Below, one piece after another: positions 1 through 9,578 of a DNA stretch of 64,000 bases. This DNA comes from Promethearchaeota archaeon (GTDB taxonomy: Archaea; Asgardarchaeota; Lokiarchaeia; Sigyniarchaeales; SOKP01), in contig JAEOUA010000003.1 in the NCBI GenBank assembly GCA_016839555.1, positions 416,001 through 480,000 of the forward strand, in the 5' to 3' direction. Made by a program: the position numbers and the translations under genes. The notes below the pieces were generated by a model. It did no database searches. It saw only the letters and a list, made by a program, of their open reading frames with translations, and was not told the DNA's origin. Within the stretch, counting starts at the first letter, position 1; every line of letters starts with the position of its first letter.

Positions 1-348
1 GATAGCAAATAGAAAATATTTCAGGAATTCAAAAGATGTTTCTTTCAATTTTATTTCCTTTTTTTGAAACACAATGAATTTGTCAAGAATATATTTCACG
101 AGGTAGGTTATCCCTACAGCTATAACTGAGCCAATTAATTCGGGCATATTATAGGGATAAATAGAGCAATAAAAATTATAAACAAAATTGATATGATCTA
201 GACTTTCACAAATTAATGGTGCAAAAAATAATTGATTAGATTTTTGTATTAGATAATTTAGTAAAATCATGCAAATAGCGAATAAAAAATACAGAAAAAT
301 TTGTTTTCTAATATCATTATCTTTCTGGATATCATTGTTTTTTTCCAT
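1..348 (-). CDS. GtrA-like membrane protein (partial, runs off window)
   Basis: Not in ORF track; my translation from ATG at 348: MEKNNDIQKDNDIRKQIFLYFLFAICMILLNY...GSVIAVGITYLVKYILDKFIVFQKK...EFLKYFLFAI; the YxLDKxxVF and FxxYxxF patterns are GtrA-like. Confidence 0.65.
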   Translation of the reverse strand, partial: MEKNNDIQKDNDIRKQIFLYFLFAICMILLNYLIQKSNQLFFAPLICESLDHINFVYNFYCSIYPYNMPELIGSVIAVGITYLVKYILDKFIVFQKKEIKLKETSFEFLKYFLFAI

Positions 349-357
349 AATAATTAC

Positions 358-669
358 CTATTTCTCGAATTTATACCCGCAAATAGGGCAAAAATTATAA
401 TTTTCATCAATTATTTCTGCTCTACAGTTAGGACAATACAGTATTTTTTTTTCTTGCTGATTTTGATAGTTTTTAATTTTTGATCTGAGATTACTTTCAT
501 TAGATTCCTCAGATTGATCCCTTCGTTCTGAGGTATCTCTTAGACTATAAGTCATTGGAAGAATACAAAATAGGGGAAATAAAAAGAATCCATTAATGAA
601 TATAGTTAAAAGAAGAGAGATAATTGTAATGATAATTGCAATAATAAGACAGAGTATATTTAATCTCAT
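358..669 (-). CDS. Membrane protein with C-terminal zinc ribbon
   Basis: Hydrophobic N-terminus; CPNC...FCPICG. Confidence 0.75.
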   Translation of the reverse strand: MRLNILCLIIAIIITIISLLLTIFINGFFLFPLFCILPMTYSLRDTSERRDQSEESNESNLRSKIKNYQNQQEKKILYCPNCRAEIIDENYNFCPICGYKFEK

Positions 670-740
670 AATAAAAAGTAATTAATATTGTTAAGTAAAA
701 TAGATATTAGTTAATATATAAAGATTAGTTTTGAGAGTAT

Positions 741-1373
741 TTAATCTAATCTCTCTTTCCATGCATCGGTTTTATTATTTTCTAATTCTTGACTACTTCT
801 TGTTTCTGATTCAGCTTTTTCCATTTCTGAATTTTTAGACTTTATTATATCATCATATTGTATTATTCCCTCTCCAGAAGTTTCTTGTGAGGCAGGAGAA
901 AGCATTTCCATCATTTCTTTCGTCATACTTGCTTTTTGTTTTCCTGTGATTTTTTTGTAAATAAATGTAATAAGATAAAAAATTAGAGAAAATGCAAGCG
1001 AAAAAAGAAAATAAAGAACAAACCAACCGCTTCCAAAAAGAGGTATCTCAAAAGGCAATAATCCCGAACTATAATCAGAGTATACAAAACTTAATCCTAT
1101 AAATATACCAATAAATATAAAACAACGAATACACATTGGAATAAATTGTCGTTTCATCATATCTTTTGTAAGCGCCATTGCTTCCATCTGAACTTCCTGC
1201 ATCATCCGAGGGTCTCCAATCATCTGAGCATTCTTTAATCTCTCTTGTAAATTTTTAGCTTTCATTCTCCTTTCCTTCATTTTGCTTCCTGTTAAACCAA
1301 AGATATAATTAAAAGCTAAACCAAGGGCTACCATACCCAAGCTTATTAGCATAATTTGAATCCATACTTCCAT
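741..1373 (-). CDS. DUF106 / EMC3-TMCO1 (Oxa1 superfamily) membrane insertase-like protein
   Basis: TM1, Met/Gln-rich coiled coil, then TM2-TM3 with the GWFVLYFLFS motif. Confidence 0.8.
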   Translation of the reverse strand: MEVWIQIMLISLGMVALGLAFNYIFGLTGSKMKERRMKAKNLQERLKNAQMIGDPRMMQEVQMEAMALTKDMMKRQFIPMCIRCFIFIGIFIGLSFVYSDYSSGLLPFEIPLFGSGWFVLYFLFSLAFSLIFYLITFIYKKITGKQKASMTKEMMEMLSPASQETSGEGIIQYDDIIKSKNSEMEKAESETRSSQELENNKTDAWKERLD

Positions 1374-1452
1374 TTTTATACACCTTTACATAGATATATG
1401 TACTAAATAATTTAAACATCTTTGTTTAATTTTAAATGAATTATAATTATAG

Positions 1453-2541
1453 CTATAAATTTCCACGAATAATATTTCTAATATACTTTTCAAAAAGAGT
1501 GGGCCATTTAGCACTAAGGCTTGAACTAATTGCACATCCAAGGCGACAACCGTCACAAAAAGTGAAATTATCATGCCTTTTCATAATTGTTTTCACTTTC
1601 TTTGAATTAAATACTGATTGTAAGGATTTAGTTAGAGCATTGAAATTAATAATTGGATGAATTTTGCAAGGAAAACTAATAGTACCATCATGTCGTATAA
1701 AAAGGTATGTTTCTGCCACATGACAGCGCATGATTTCTTGGTTTTTAGGAACGCCTCCAAATCCACCGCCTTCAATAACTTGAATGCTATATCTATCTGT
1801 GAGTATATTTTTATACTTTTTTTGTAAAAAGCTAACAAATTTTGCCCAAAGATGTAAATCAGGAATAAGATTATTCAGATTTTCTGCCTGAAATTTATTT
1901 CCATTGTAAGTTCTAATAATATTTTCACAAGGATACATCTCAATCGAACAATTAAAATTTTTAGCTAGATCGCATATTTTTGGAAGAAATTTTATATTTG
2001 ATCTCATCACATTTGTACTGATGATTATCTTAATATTTTTTTTATTTGCTAACTTAATTGATTCGAGAACTTTATTGAAAACAGATATTCCACGAATTTT
2101 ATCATGTTGCTCAGCAAAAGGGAAATCTAGTGAAATAAGGATATAATTTAATCCTTTTAAAAGATTATTCTTAAATAAGTAAGGTAAATGATAACCATTT
2201 GTAGCTAAACCTGTTATTAAATTTTTATGTATTCCCGCATATCTAATTAATTCTGGTAAATCTTCTCTAAGAGTTGGCTCTCCACCCGTAAAAGAAAGAG
2301 AAATAATTCCTAATTCAGCAATTTGATTAATAATATATTTAATTTGATCTGTTGTCATTTCATGTTGCTTTAGCCCTTCAGGAATGGTGGGAATATAGCA
2401 AAATTGACAATTCGCATTACAGCGCAGAGTTATTTCGATTTGTGCAGAATAAGGAATTTTTCTCTCTGTAAAAGTATTAAGTAGAAAATTTCTAAAATAA
2501 ATAAGAAATTTCTTTTTTATATTTATCAAGGGAAATACCAC
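1453..2541 (-). CDS. Radical SAM protein with SPASM/twitch domain
   Basis: CNANCQFC, FTGGEP, C-terminal C...PC...CDGC. Confidence 0.9.
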   Translation of the reverse strand: MVFPLINIKKKFLIYFRNFLLNTFTERKIPYSAQIEITLRCNANCQFCYIPTIPEGLKQHEMTTDQIKYIINQIAELGIISLSFTGGEPTLREDLPELIRYAGIHKNLITGLATNGYHLPYLFKNNLLKGLNYILISLDFPFAEQHDKIRGISVFNKVLESIKLANKKNIKIIISTNVMRSNIKFLPKICDLAKNFNCSIEMYPCENIIRTYNGNKFQAENLNNLIPDLHLWAKFVSFLQKKYKNILTDRYSIQVIEGGGFGGVPKNQEIMRCHVAETYLFIRHDGTISFPCKIHPIINFNALTKSLQSVFNSKKVKTIMKRHDNFTFCDGCRLGCAISSSLSAKWPTLFEKYIRNIIRGNL

Positions 2542-2764
2542 CAGAAAAACTTATATACATAATAAAATCATCCTTAAAAATTATTAAATTTAACTTTTCA
2601 ATTTATAAAAATAAAGAAAAAAAGAAAAGAAAATGGATTTTTAAATAAATTATTATTTAAAATTTAGCTCAGGAACCATAATTAAGCCATTAAATAATTC
2701 AGAAACAATTTATTCAATACTTTTTATGGTTTAAAATTTTATGAAAAGAATCATTAAAATCAAT

Positions 2765-3118
2765 TTAACGAACTTCTGTGCCGCATCTTTTGCAAACATA
2801 TTTTTTCGCATAAATTTTCAATCCGCCTTGTTGATGAAGCACCCGAGATTTATCTGATTCTTCCTTAAAATCTGTTCCGCCACAATTTGGACAAACTCGC
2901 CTTCCTTCTATTTTTATTAGCCCACTCTCTACTTCTTCCTTCTCCTTTTCTTTTTTAGCAACTTCAGAAGGTTTTTTTGTTGAAATTGATTCGATTTTTA
3001 TCGAAGATTCTTCAGATTTAATTGAGGCCGAAGATTGACCAGATCCAAGCAAAGAATCTAATTTCTCATTCATTGTTTCAAGAAGATTTATAACTTTTTT
3101 TTCAAATTCCTCAGACAT
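2765..3118 (-). CDS. Hypothetical protein with C-terminal zinc ribbon
   Basis: CPNCG...KIYAKKYVCKRCG after a low-complexity linker. Confidence 0.75.
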   Translation of the reverse strand: MSEEFEKKVINLLETMNEKLDSLLGSGQSSASIKSEESSIKIESISTKKPSEVAKKEKEKEEVESGLIKIEGRRVCPNCGGTDFKEESDKSRVLHQQGGLKIYAKKYVCKRCGTEVR

Positions 3119-3196
3119 TTTAATATCTCCTTAATTTCAATTTACATATAATATCTAAGAAATGTCTTTTATATTTATGTTATTTTTAAAATTTTA

Positions 3197-3529
3197 TTAA
3201 AAGCTAACTTTAGAGAAAAATTTTTTTCCTTGAGCTTCTATTAAACACTTTTTTCCTTTTGGACTTATTTTAAGAATAGCCTTATCGATAACTTTAATGG
3301 GGATTCCTTCTTTCAAGAGAACTTCATGAAACCATTTTATAATTGATTTATAATATCTCTCTACATCATCACCTCTCAAATCTGGGGTAAAAATACCAGA
3401 TATTAAATCAATTGTAATCTTATTTTCCGGAGTATAATGATAGAAAGGATCTACCATATATCCCTTGTCATCTCCTGAGGATTCCCTCATTATTTGATTT
3501 ACCACCGAATTTAAACGATTTAACTTCAT
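3197..3529 (-). CDS. Hypothetical protein
   Basis: 110-aa ORF with normal composition. Confidence 0.6.
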   Translation of the reverse strand: MKLNRLNSVVNQIMRESSGDDKGYMVDPFYHYTPENKITIDLISGIFTPDLRGDDVERYYKSIIKWFHEVLLKEGIPIKVIDKAILKISPKGKKCLIEAQGKKFFSKVSF

Positions 3530-3667
3530 CTAACTCATTTTATAAAAGAAATAAATAATATATGGAATCAATAAAAGATATAAATATAATTTTTTTTTAT
3601 TAAATCCAAAAAATTTGCTTGTTTTTCTAAATTAAATATTTAAATTATTTTTTTTAATTGAATATTA

Positions 3668-4114
3668 TTATCTTCTTTTACCTTCTACTTTTTCTAAGTA
3701 ATCCAAAATAGCTTCTTTAATTTCCTTAGCGGGATAAATTTTACGATATTGATAGACATAATTTAGGGCATCTTCCCATGTCCATTCAGGATGCTCTTTT
3801 AATAACCAGGCAATTATAATAGCGCCACTCCTAGATATACCCATCGAACAATGAACTAGTACTTTTCCATTTTTTATATGTACATCAATGAAATCTAAAA
3901 TTTCAGCTAAAAATTCATGAGGCGGATAAGTATCATCTGGGAATCCCTTAAATAGGTAAGCAAAATTATTTGGGGGTTCATAAAGCTCATCTTCCATTAA
4001 ATTAACTATAGCAGTAATCTTTTTTTTATTCAACTTCTCAAAATTAATTTGAGGCCAATATGCACCAATATACAGTCTTTCGGTAATTTGATAGATATCA
4101 TCCAGATCCGGCAT
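3668..4114 (-). CDS. Dual-specificity protein phosphatase
   Basis: LYIG, general-acid loop FPDD, P-loop VHCSMGISRS. Confidence 0.92.
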   Translation of the reverse strand: MPDLDDIYQITERLYIGAYWPQINFEKLNKKKITAIVNLMEDELYEPPNNFAYLFKGFPDDTYPPHEFLAEILDFIDVHIKNGKVLVHCSMGISRSGAIIIAWLLKEHPEWTWEDALNYVYQYRKIYPAKEIKEAILDYLEKVEGKRR

Positions 4115-4194
4115 GGCTTATAATGTAAATTTAATCTATGATAAATAGTTTATATAATCTCTCTAAAAAAAGTTAAGTTGAATAAAATATTGAA

Positions 4195-4617
4195 TTAATC
4201 TTCTACCTTTGGTAAATCGCGACTGGCAATAATATTACAATTTTCTCCAGCAACATGCTCGATCAAAATGTCTCCCATTTTAATAGGGGCATCTACCTCT
4301 GTTAATGCTATTTCTTGAAAAGCTTCATCCAGTTTTTCCTTTAGTATTGGTTTATCAACGCGAACAGGTATTAATGGCAACAAGCCATTTCTTACCCTTA
4401 TTGTGGTTGTGAGCACTCTTTTTGGAGCAAAGAATTCTTGTTTAGCATATTCTAAACCTCGGTTACACGTATATCCCTCAAAAGTGACTTCTCCATCGGG
4501 CATTTCTTTGACTTCTATTTCGCAACCTGTAGGGCACACAATACACCTTATTGTTTCTATTACTCCCCTATCTTCGCATTGTTCTTCCATTTGGTTATTC
4601 ACCATCCTCCTCATCAA
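4195..4617 (-). CDS. DUF1667 family CxxC protein (third gene of GlpA-type trio)
   Basis: CIVCPTGC, GYTCNRG, R-x-LTTT; true start may be somewhat downstream. Confidence 0.85.
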   Translation of the reverse strand: MMRRMVNNQMEEQCEDRGVIETIRCIVCPTGCEIEVKEMPDGEVTFEGYTCNRGLEYAKQEFFAPKRVLTTTIRVRNGLLPLIPVRVDKPILKEKLDEAFQEIALTEVDAPIKMGDILIEHVAGENCNIIASRDLPKVED

Positions 4618-5902
4618 TTAAAGGTTCAGGTTGAGGTACCACGTCAATAATTAAATCACTACATGTGGGATTAATTTCTAAACTTTGGAGATTAAGTTTT
4701 AATTCCACCATTTCACTAGGGATTACATAACGTTTTCTACGCTTATAAAGAACCCGATTAGTTTCATCCTTGATTTGTATTTGAACTCTTCTATCTGGTT
4801 GTTTAACTCTAAAAGTGAATATGATTTCTTTATTTAAATCTGAGCTATTTATATAATCTGGTTTGACATAATTTACGTTTTCTCCCGAGTTACAATGGAT
4901 TTTTGTAACTTTTCCCAATTCTTTCTTAAAACGTATTTTTATATATTCTACTGCATTATTTCCTGCCCGTTTAGATTCTGCACTTACTAGATCAACAAGA
5001 TCATGGACTTGCAGTACATTACCACAAGCAAATACCCCCTCGATCGAAGTCTCCAAGTTATTATCGACGGCAGGACCGCCCATGCGAGTCATTTCTGCCC
5101 CCATTTGTCGTGTTAATTCATTCTCAGGGATTAACCCAACAGATAACAATAATGCGTCGCATTCGAAAAACTTATCTGATCCTACTATGCGGTCAAAATT
5201 CCTATCGACTTTACTTACCGTAACTCCTTTGAGCCTATCCTTTCCGTGGATTTTAGTTACGGTAAATCCGGTGATTAGAGGTATATTATAGTCCTCGAGG
5301 CATTGAACTTGATTTCTTATTAGTCCGCTCACATAGGGTAATATTTCCACCACAGCATTCACTTTACATCCTTCCCATGTTAATCTCCTTGCCATTATCA
5401 TTCCAATATCACCACTGCCAAGAATTACTATACTTTTTCCAGGTAAATAACCCTCTATATTTACAAATCTTTGAGCCTGCCCGGCAGTAAAGACACCTGC
5501 AGGTCGAAATCCAGGAATATTTATATTACCTCGTGTACGTTCTCGACATCCCATTGCTAAAATAATTGCTTTAGCTGAGATTTGAATGACCCCTTCTTTT
5601 TTATTTACAGCATAGATTATCTTATTGGGTGTGATTTCAAGCACCATAGTATCGGTTTTGTAAGAAATACCTAACTCTTTCACTTCATTAATAAATCTTT
5701 GAGCATATTCGGGTCCTGCTAATTCTTCTTTAAATTCTGTAAGCCCAAATCCTGCATGTATACACTGTAATAAAATACCTCCTAATTCACGAGCTCTCTC
5801 AATAATCAATGGTTCATAATTTGCTTTTTTTACTTCAATAGCAGCAGCTAATCCTGCAGCACCACCTCCAATTATTGCCACATCAGTATCATATTTTTTC
5901 AA
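4595..5902 (-). CDS. NAD(P)/FAD-dependent oxidoreductase
   Basis: GGGAAG, GGILLQCIHAGFG, AMGCRER, GNVLQVHDLVD. Confidence 0.9.
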   Translation of the reverse strand: MKKYDTDVAIIGGGAAGLAAAIEVKKANYEPLIIERARELGGILLQCIHAGFGLTEFKEELAGPEYAQRFINEVKELGISYKTDTMVLEITPNKIIYAVNKKEGVIQISAKAIILAMGCRERTRGNINIPGFRPAGVFTAGQAQRFVNIEGYLPGKSIVILGSGDIGMIMARRLTWEGCKVNAVVEILPYVSGLIRNQVQCLEDYNIPLITGFTVTKIHGKDRLKGVTVSKVDRNFDRIVGSDKFFECDALLLSVGLIPENELTRQMGAEMTRMGGPAVDNNLETSIEGVFACGNVLQVHDLVDLVSAESKRAGNNAVEYIKIRFKKELGKVTKIHCNSGENVNYVKPDYINSSDLNKEIIFTFRVKQPDRRVQIQIKDETNRVLYKRRKRYVIPSEMVELKLNLQSLEINPTCSDLIIDVVPQPEPLIDEEDGE

Positions 5903-7407
5903 CCTTCTTCTACACCCTCCGCTATTTCTTTATGTTCCATTTTTTTAATTTTTTTCAATCTAATATCTTTTGTTTTGGCAATGAGATAATTCGAATCTTC
6001 TCCTTTTTTAGTTATTGCTTGAAATGGGCGATTTAGTTCACGTGCGAGGATTTCCATAACTTTTGGGCGACAAAATCCTCCTTGACAGCGTCCCATACCC
6101 GGTCTACAGCGAAATTTGATTCCATCAACCGTAGTTGCACCCACAGGGGCATGTATTGCATTGAGTATCTCTGCCTCTGGCACTGTTTCACATCGGCATA
6201 TAATTCTTCCCCACGCGGGATTTTCATATATTTTTTTGTCAAGCTCTTCCTTTGTAAAATCTGATAGTTGCTCTGGTTTAGGTCTAATGGGGTTGTAATT
6301 CTCTTTTTCTTTTAATTGAACTCCTAATAATTTAAGAAACTCCTCCACTCTTTCTGCTATAGCATAACAAGAGGTAAGTCCAGGTGATAAAATACCCCCA
6401 ACATTAATAAAACCATAAATATCGGTATTATCAATAATAAAATCTTCTTTTTGAGAAACCGCCCGAAGTCCCGCAAAATTTCGAATAGAGGCTCTTACTG
6501 GTAAATTCTTCACTAATTTTTGAGCCCCCTCTAATATCTCTTTTAATCCTGCTGTGGTTGTCGATATATCCTCCAAATCAAATATATTTTGAGCATTCGG
6601 TCCCGCAAATGAGTTGCCATGCATCGTAGGGCATACCAAAATTCCTTTCGATACTTTAGTAGGTATAGGAAATAAAACTTTCTGTAATTGGAGTTCATTA
6701 CGATCAAATAGAATATATTCCCCTTTTCTTGGTTCTATATTGAAATAATCTAATCCAAGCATTTTGGAGATATTTGCTGAATATACTCCTGCACAATTAA
6801 TTAGATTTTTGCTTTTGATTTCTTTTCTTTTTGTTGTAATAAAGAAGGTATACTCACTATGATTAATTTTAATAACTTCATGATTTCTAAAAAACTTCAC
6901 ACCATTCATCGCGGCATTTTCTGCCAAAGCGAAGGTCATTTCATAAGGGCTTACAATACCAGCAGAGGGAGCGTGTAATACTGCTTCTACATCATCAGTA
7001 AGATTTGGTTCCATCTCTAAAATTTTCTTTTTATCAAAAATAAGCTCGAGACCAAGCACACCATCTTCTATCCCTTTTTTTCGTTCTTCTTCTAACTTTT
7101 TTATTTGCTCTGGTTCAACAGCTATTACAAAAGAGCCAATCCGCTTAAAAGGAAAATTTAATTCTTTTGCTGCTTGGGTATATAATTTATTTCCACGGAT
7201 ACATAAATCTCTTTTTAAATATTTTCTTTCTGCAGCATATCCTGCATGAATCACTCCTGAATTTCCTTTAGTTGTCCCCATCGCGATATCTGCTTCCTTT
7301 TCTAAGAGGCAGATTTTTAAATCATATTTACTTAACGTACGGGCTATGCAGCATCCAATTACTCCTCCGCCAATTATGGCGATATCATATATATCTGAGG
7401 ATGACAC
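5899..7407 (-). CDS. glpA: Glycerol-3-phosphate dehydrogenase-like FAD oxidoreductase with BFD-like [2Fe-2S] domain
   Basis: GGGVIG, NSGVIHAG, ICRCE...GMGRCQGGFC; classic three-gene arrangement with the two downstream genes. Confidence 0.75.
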   Translation of the reverse strand: MSSSDIYDIAIIGGGVIGCCIARTLSKYDLKICLLEKEADIAMGTTKGNSGVIHAGYAAERKYLKRDLCIRGNKLYTQAAKELNFPFKRIGSFVIAVEPEQIKKLEEERKKGIEDGVLGLELIFDKKKILEMEPNLTDDVEAVLHAPSAGIVSPYEMTFALAENAAMNGVKFFRNHEVIKINHSEYTFFITTKRKEIKSKNLINCAGVYSANISKMLGLDYFNIEPRKGEYILFDRNELQLQKVLFPIPTKVSKGILVCPTMHGNSFAGPNAQNIFDLEDISTTTAGLKEILEGAQKLVKNLPVRASIRNFAGLRAVSQKEDFIIDNTDIYGFINVGGILSPGLTSCYAIAERVEEFLKLLGVQLKEKENYNPIRPKPEQLSDFTKEELDKKIYENPAWGRIICRCETVPEAEILNAIHAPVGATTVDGIKFRCRPGMGRCQGGFCRPKVMEILARELNRPFQAITKKGEDSNYLIAKTKDIRLKKIKKMEHKEIAEGVEEG

Positions 7408-7468
7408 TTAAATCAATTCCTAACTATTGATAAATTTATTAAATGAACTAATTAAGATCCATTTAAAG

Positions 7469-7542
7469 TTTAATGTATAGAATATTCAGAACTCTTTAAA
7501 TATTTATAATTTAATGTAAAAAATATTTAGGACTCTTTAAAT
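7469..7542. repeat. 33-bp imperfect direct repeat (two copies, 41-bp period) upstream of the glpA-like operon
   Basis: TTTAATGTAtagAATATTcAGaACTCTTTAAAT (7469-7501) vs TTTAATGTAaaaAATATTtAGgACTCTTTAAAT (7510-7542); 29/33 identical. Confidence 0.8.
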
Positions 7543-7611
7543 CCTTTTAGTAAAATAAGAAATCTTAACGTATCGTTTAGAAAAAGCTTATTATAATTTA
7601 GAATATATCAA

Positions 7612-7920
7612 TTATAGTATGTACACAAGTAATAACCAAAAAATATTGAATAAAACCGCTGCAATAATTAAAATTTTTGTAATAGGATTAAATATTGTAT
7701 TTTTTAATGATTTATTCGTCTCTAACTGAAGCTGATCTTTAAGGATATTATTAAATGAAGAATTTTTCGGATATAAGCTTCTATCTAAATGGTAGGAGCC
7801 TAAAAAACTAGGTTTCGATAAGGCTTCAATAGATCTCTCTAAATTATTAGAAGCAAGAATCTTTTTTCGATTTTCCTCTTTTTTTAATTCGAAATCTTTT
7901 TCCAATTCCTTCTTATCCAT
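7612..7920 (-). CDS. Hypothetical tail-anchored membrane protein
   Basis: Charged N-terminus, single C-terminal hydrophobic helix. Confidence 0.7.
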   Translation of the reverse strand: MDKKELEKDFELKKEENRKKILASNNLERSIEALSKPSFLGSYHLDRSLYPKNSSFNNILKDQLQLETNKSLKNTIFNPITKILIIAAVLFNIFWLLLVYIL

Positions 7921-8080
7921 AATGAAATGCTTGTTTATTTTAAAGTATCTTATTATTAAATAAGCAGCCTCTTCTTAAAATTTTTATCCTTTTATTAGAT
8001 AAAAATAAGAATTCTATAAAAATAACGAGTGAAAGTTAAGGTATTTGGAAATTTTTATTGAATATAGAATTTTTTTAATA

Positions 8081-8233
8081 TTAATGATAAGAAACGAGTT
8101 CTTTCATTTTTCCGTTTTCTTTAAGCTCTAAATCAACCTCTACTCTATAAGGATCGATATACCATATATAATCGTCTAATTCTACGATTTGTATTGGTTC
8201 ATCATCAACATATACAATGAAAGAATCTATCAT
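8081..8233 (-). CDS. Small acidic protein (50 aa), not in ORF track
   Basis: MIDSFIVYVDDEPIQIVELDDYIWYIDPYRVEVDLELKENGKMKELVSYH; AGGTG SD-like element upstream. Confidence 0.65.
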   Translation of the reverse strand: MIDSFIVYVDDEPIQIVELDDYIWYIDPYRVEVDLELKENGKMKELVSYH

Positions 8234-8259
8234 CTAAAATCAGCACCTTTATTTTTTTT

Positions 8260-8356
8260 AAAAAAAAGAAGGAGATGCTTTATTAATACCCCTTCTTTTC
8301 GAACTCCGCCGATACTTTGGTGACTAATTGCCTCCTTATATCTTTTTTGAGCTCAA
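8260..8356 (-). ncRNA. Putative structured leader or small RNA (two hairpins plus U8 tract)
   Basis: GC-rich island; hairpin 8299-8356 with several G-U pairs that work only on the minus strand; hairpin AAGAAGGGG/CUCCUUCUU running into a U8 tract. Confidence 0.5.
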
Positions 8357-8564
8357 TTAATCAATATTTATTTTTTTATTTAATCTTTTATTAAATAAAT
8401 TATAAATTTTTCAAAGGATTAGTTTAAATTTGTAAACCTTAACAAGAAAAAATCCTAAAATTTAAAGATATTTAAAAATCAATCATATAACAACTTTTTT
8501 ATAGATTTAAAATAATATTAATAATATTAAAAAGACTTAAAATAAAAAAATAAAAGGGAATAAA

Positions 8565-8930
8565 TTGGCAACAAATTGTAGATGCTATATGATTTTCTTT
8601 GTTTGGATAATTGCATTAGTTGCATTAGCTAATATTATTAATACGAAATATTCTACTACCACAGAATATATTATTGCTGGTGTAATAACTCTTCCAATAC
8701 TTTTCATTGAACCAATAATACGTTTTATAATAAAAAAAGGAGCTAATTTTCAGCAATCAAATGTTCGAAAAGAAGAAGAGGAGGCATATGAAGAAATTTT
8801 AAAAAGAAGTCTGAATGGATCCAATATAAAAGGTGAATCTGATTTTATTCTTTGCCCCAATTGTGGAGAAAAAAATATTAAAGCAGCAGATTTTTGTAAA
8901 GCTTGTGGAAAAGATTTAAGAAAACTCTAA
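8565..8930 (+). CDS. Membrane protein with C-terminal zinc ribbon
   Basis: 2 TM helices; CPNCG...FCKACGKDL. Confidence 0.75.
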   Translation: MATNCRCYMIFFVWIIALVALANIINTKYSTTTEYIIAGVITLPILFIEPIIRFIIKKGANFQQSNVRKEEEEAYEEILKRSLNGSNIKGESDFILCPNCGEKNIKAADFCKACGKDLRKL

Positions 8931-9018
8931 AATTTATTTTAAATACTAAAATATTTTTATTTTTTTCATTCAAAAATAAAAAAATGAAGAGGGAGTAAAT
9001 ATTAACCCAAATTTTTTT

Positions 9019-9519
9019 GTGTCTATAAACGCTTCAGACTTGAAAAAAATAATTCCTTTAGGACAAGATATTATTTATAGTACTTTAATGAAAGGAAAAA
9101 AAGTCAATCCTTATGATAAAAAAAATTATTATAGCTTTTATACTCATATATTATGTACACCAAAAGGTATTGCTTGGAAATTTACTGATTGGAAAAATGA
9201 TGAGATAAATTTTTTTACCAACTGGATAGATATTCCCGCACTTAAACGCAAGTTTATTAAGCTTAACAGATACATAAATTTAAAATTATTTCAACTCGAA
9301 AAAGAAATTAGTCATATTTTTCATAGGCGTACTTATCATTTCCTATTATCAATCTTACCCCATGCAATTAATTATGCTAATTTTGAACTTGAGAATCTTC
9401 CTAAGGATCAAGATCGCAAGAGGAGGAAAAAACTAAAAAAATTAAAAAACTTTATTTATAAATCTTCAAAATTATTTGAGAAAATAGAAAAGATAGCACT
9501 AAATAAAGGTTATATTTAA
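9019..9519 (+). CDS. Hypothetical basic protein, possible PH-like fold; paralog of 10351-10800
   Basis: Shares P-x-G-x-x-I-x-YSTL, H-h-L-x-T and ILP...LEN-P with the 10351-10800 protein. Confidence 0.7.
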   Translation: MSINASDLKKIIPLGQDIIYSTLMKGKKVNPYDKKNYYSFYTHILCTPKGIAWKFTDWKNDEINFFTNWIDIPALKRKFIKLNRYINLKLFQLEKEISHIFHRRTYHFLLSILPHAINYANFELENLPKDQDRKRRKKLKKLKNFIYKSSKLFEKIEKIALNKGYI

Positions 9520-9578
9520 ATTTTATAAGATTATATTTTATAATATTAATATAAATTAGACAAAAAAAAGTATTTAAA

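Noticed and set aside
1453-2541. Radical SAM proteins as sulfatase maturase or RiPP maturase
   Set aside because: Not linked to the sulfatase, lack a recognisable anSME Cys pattern, and no precursor peptide is adjacent
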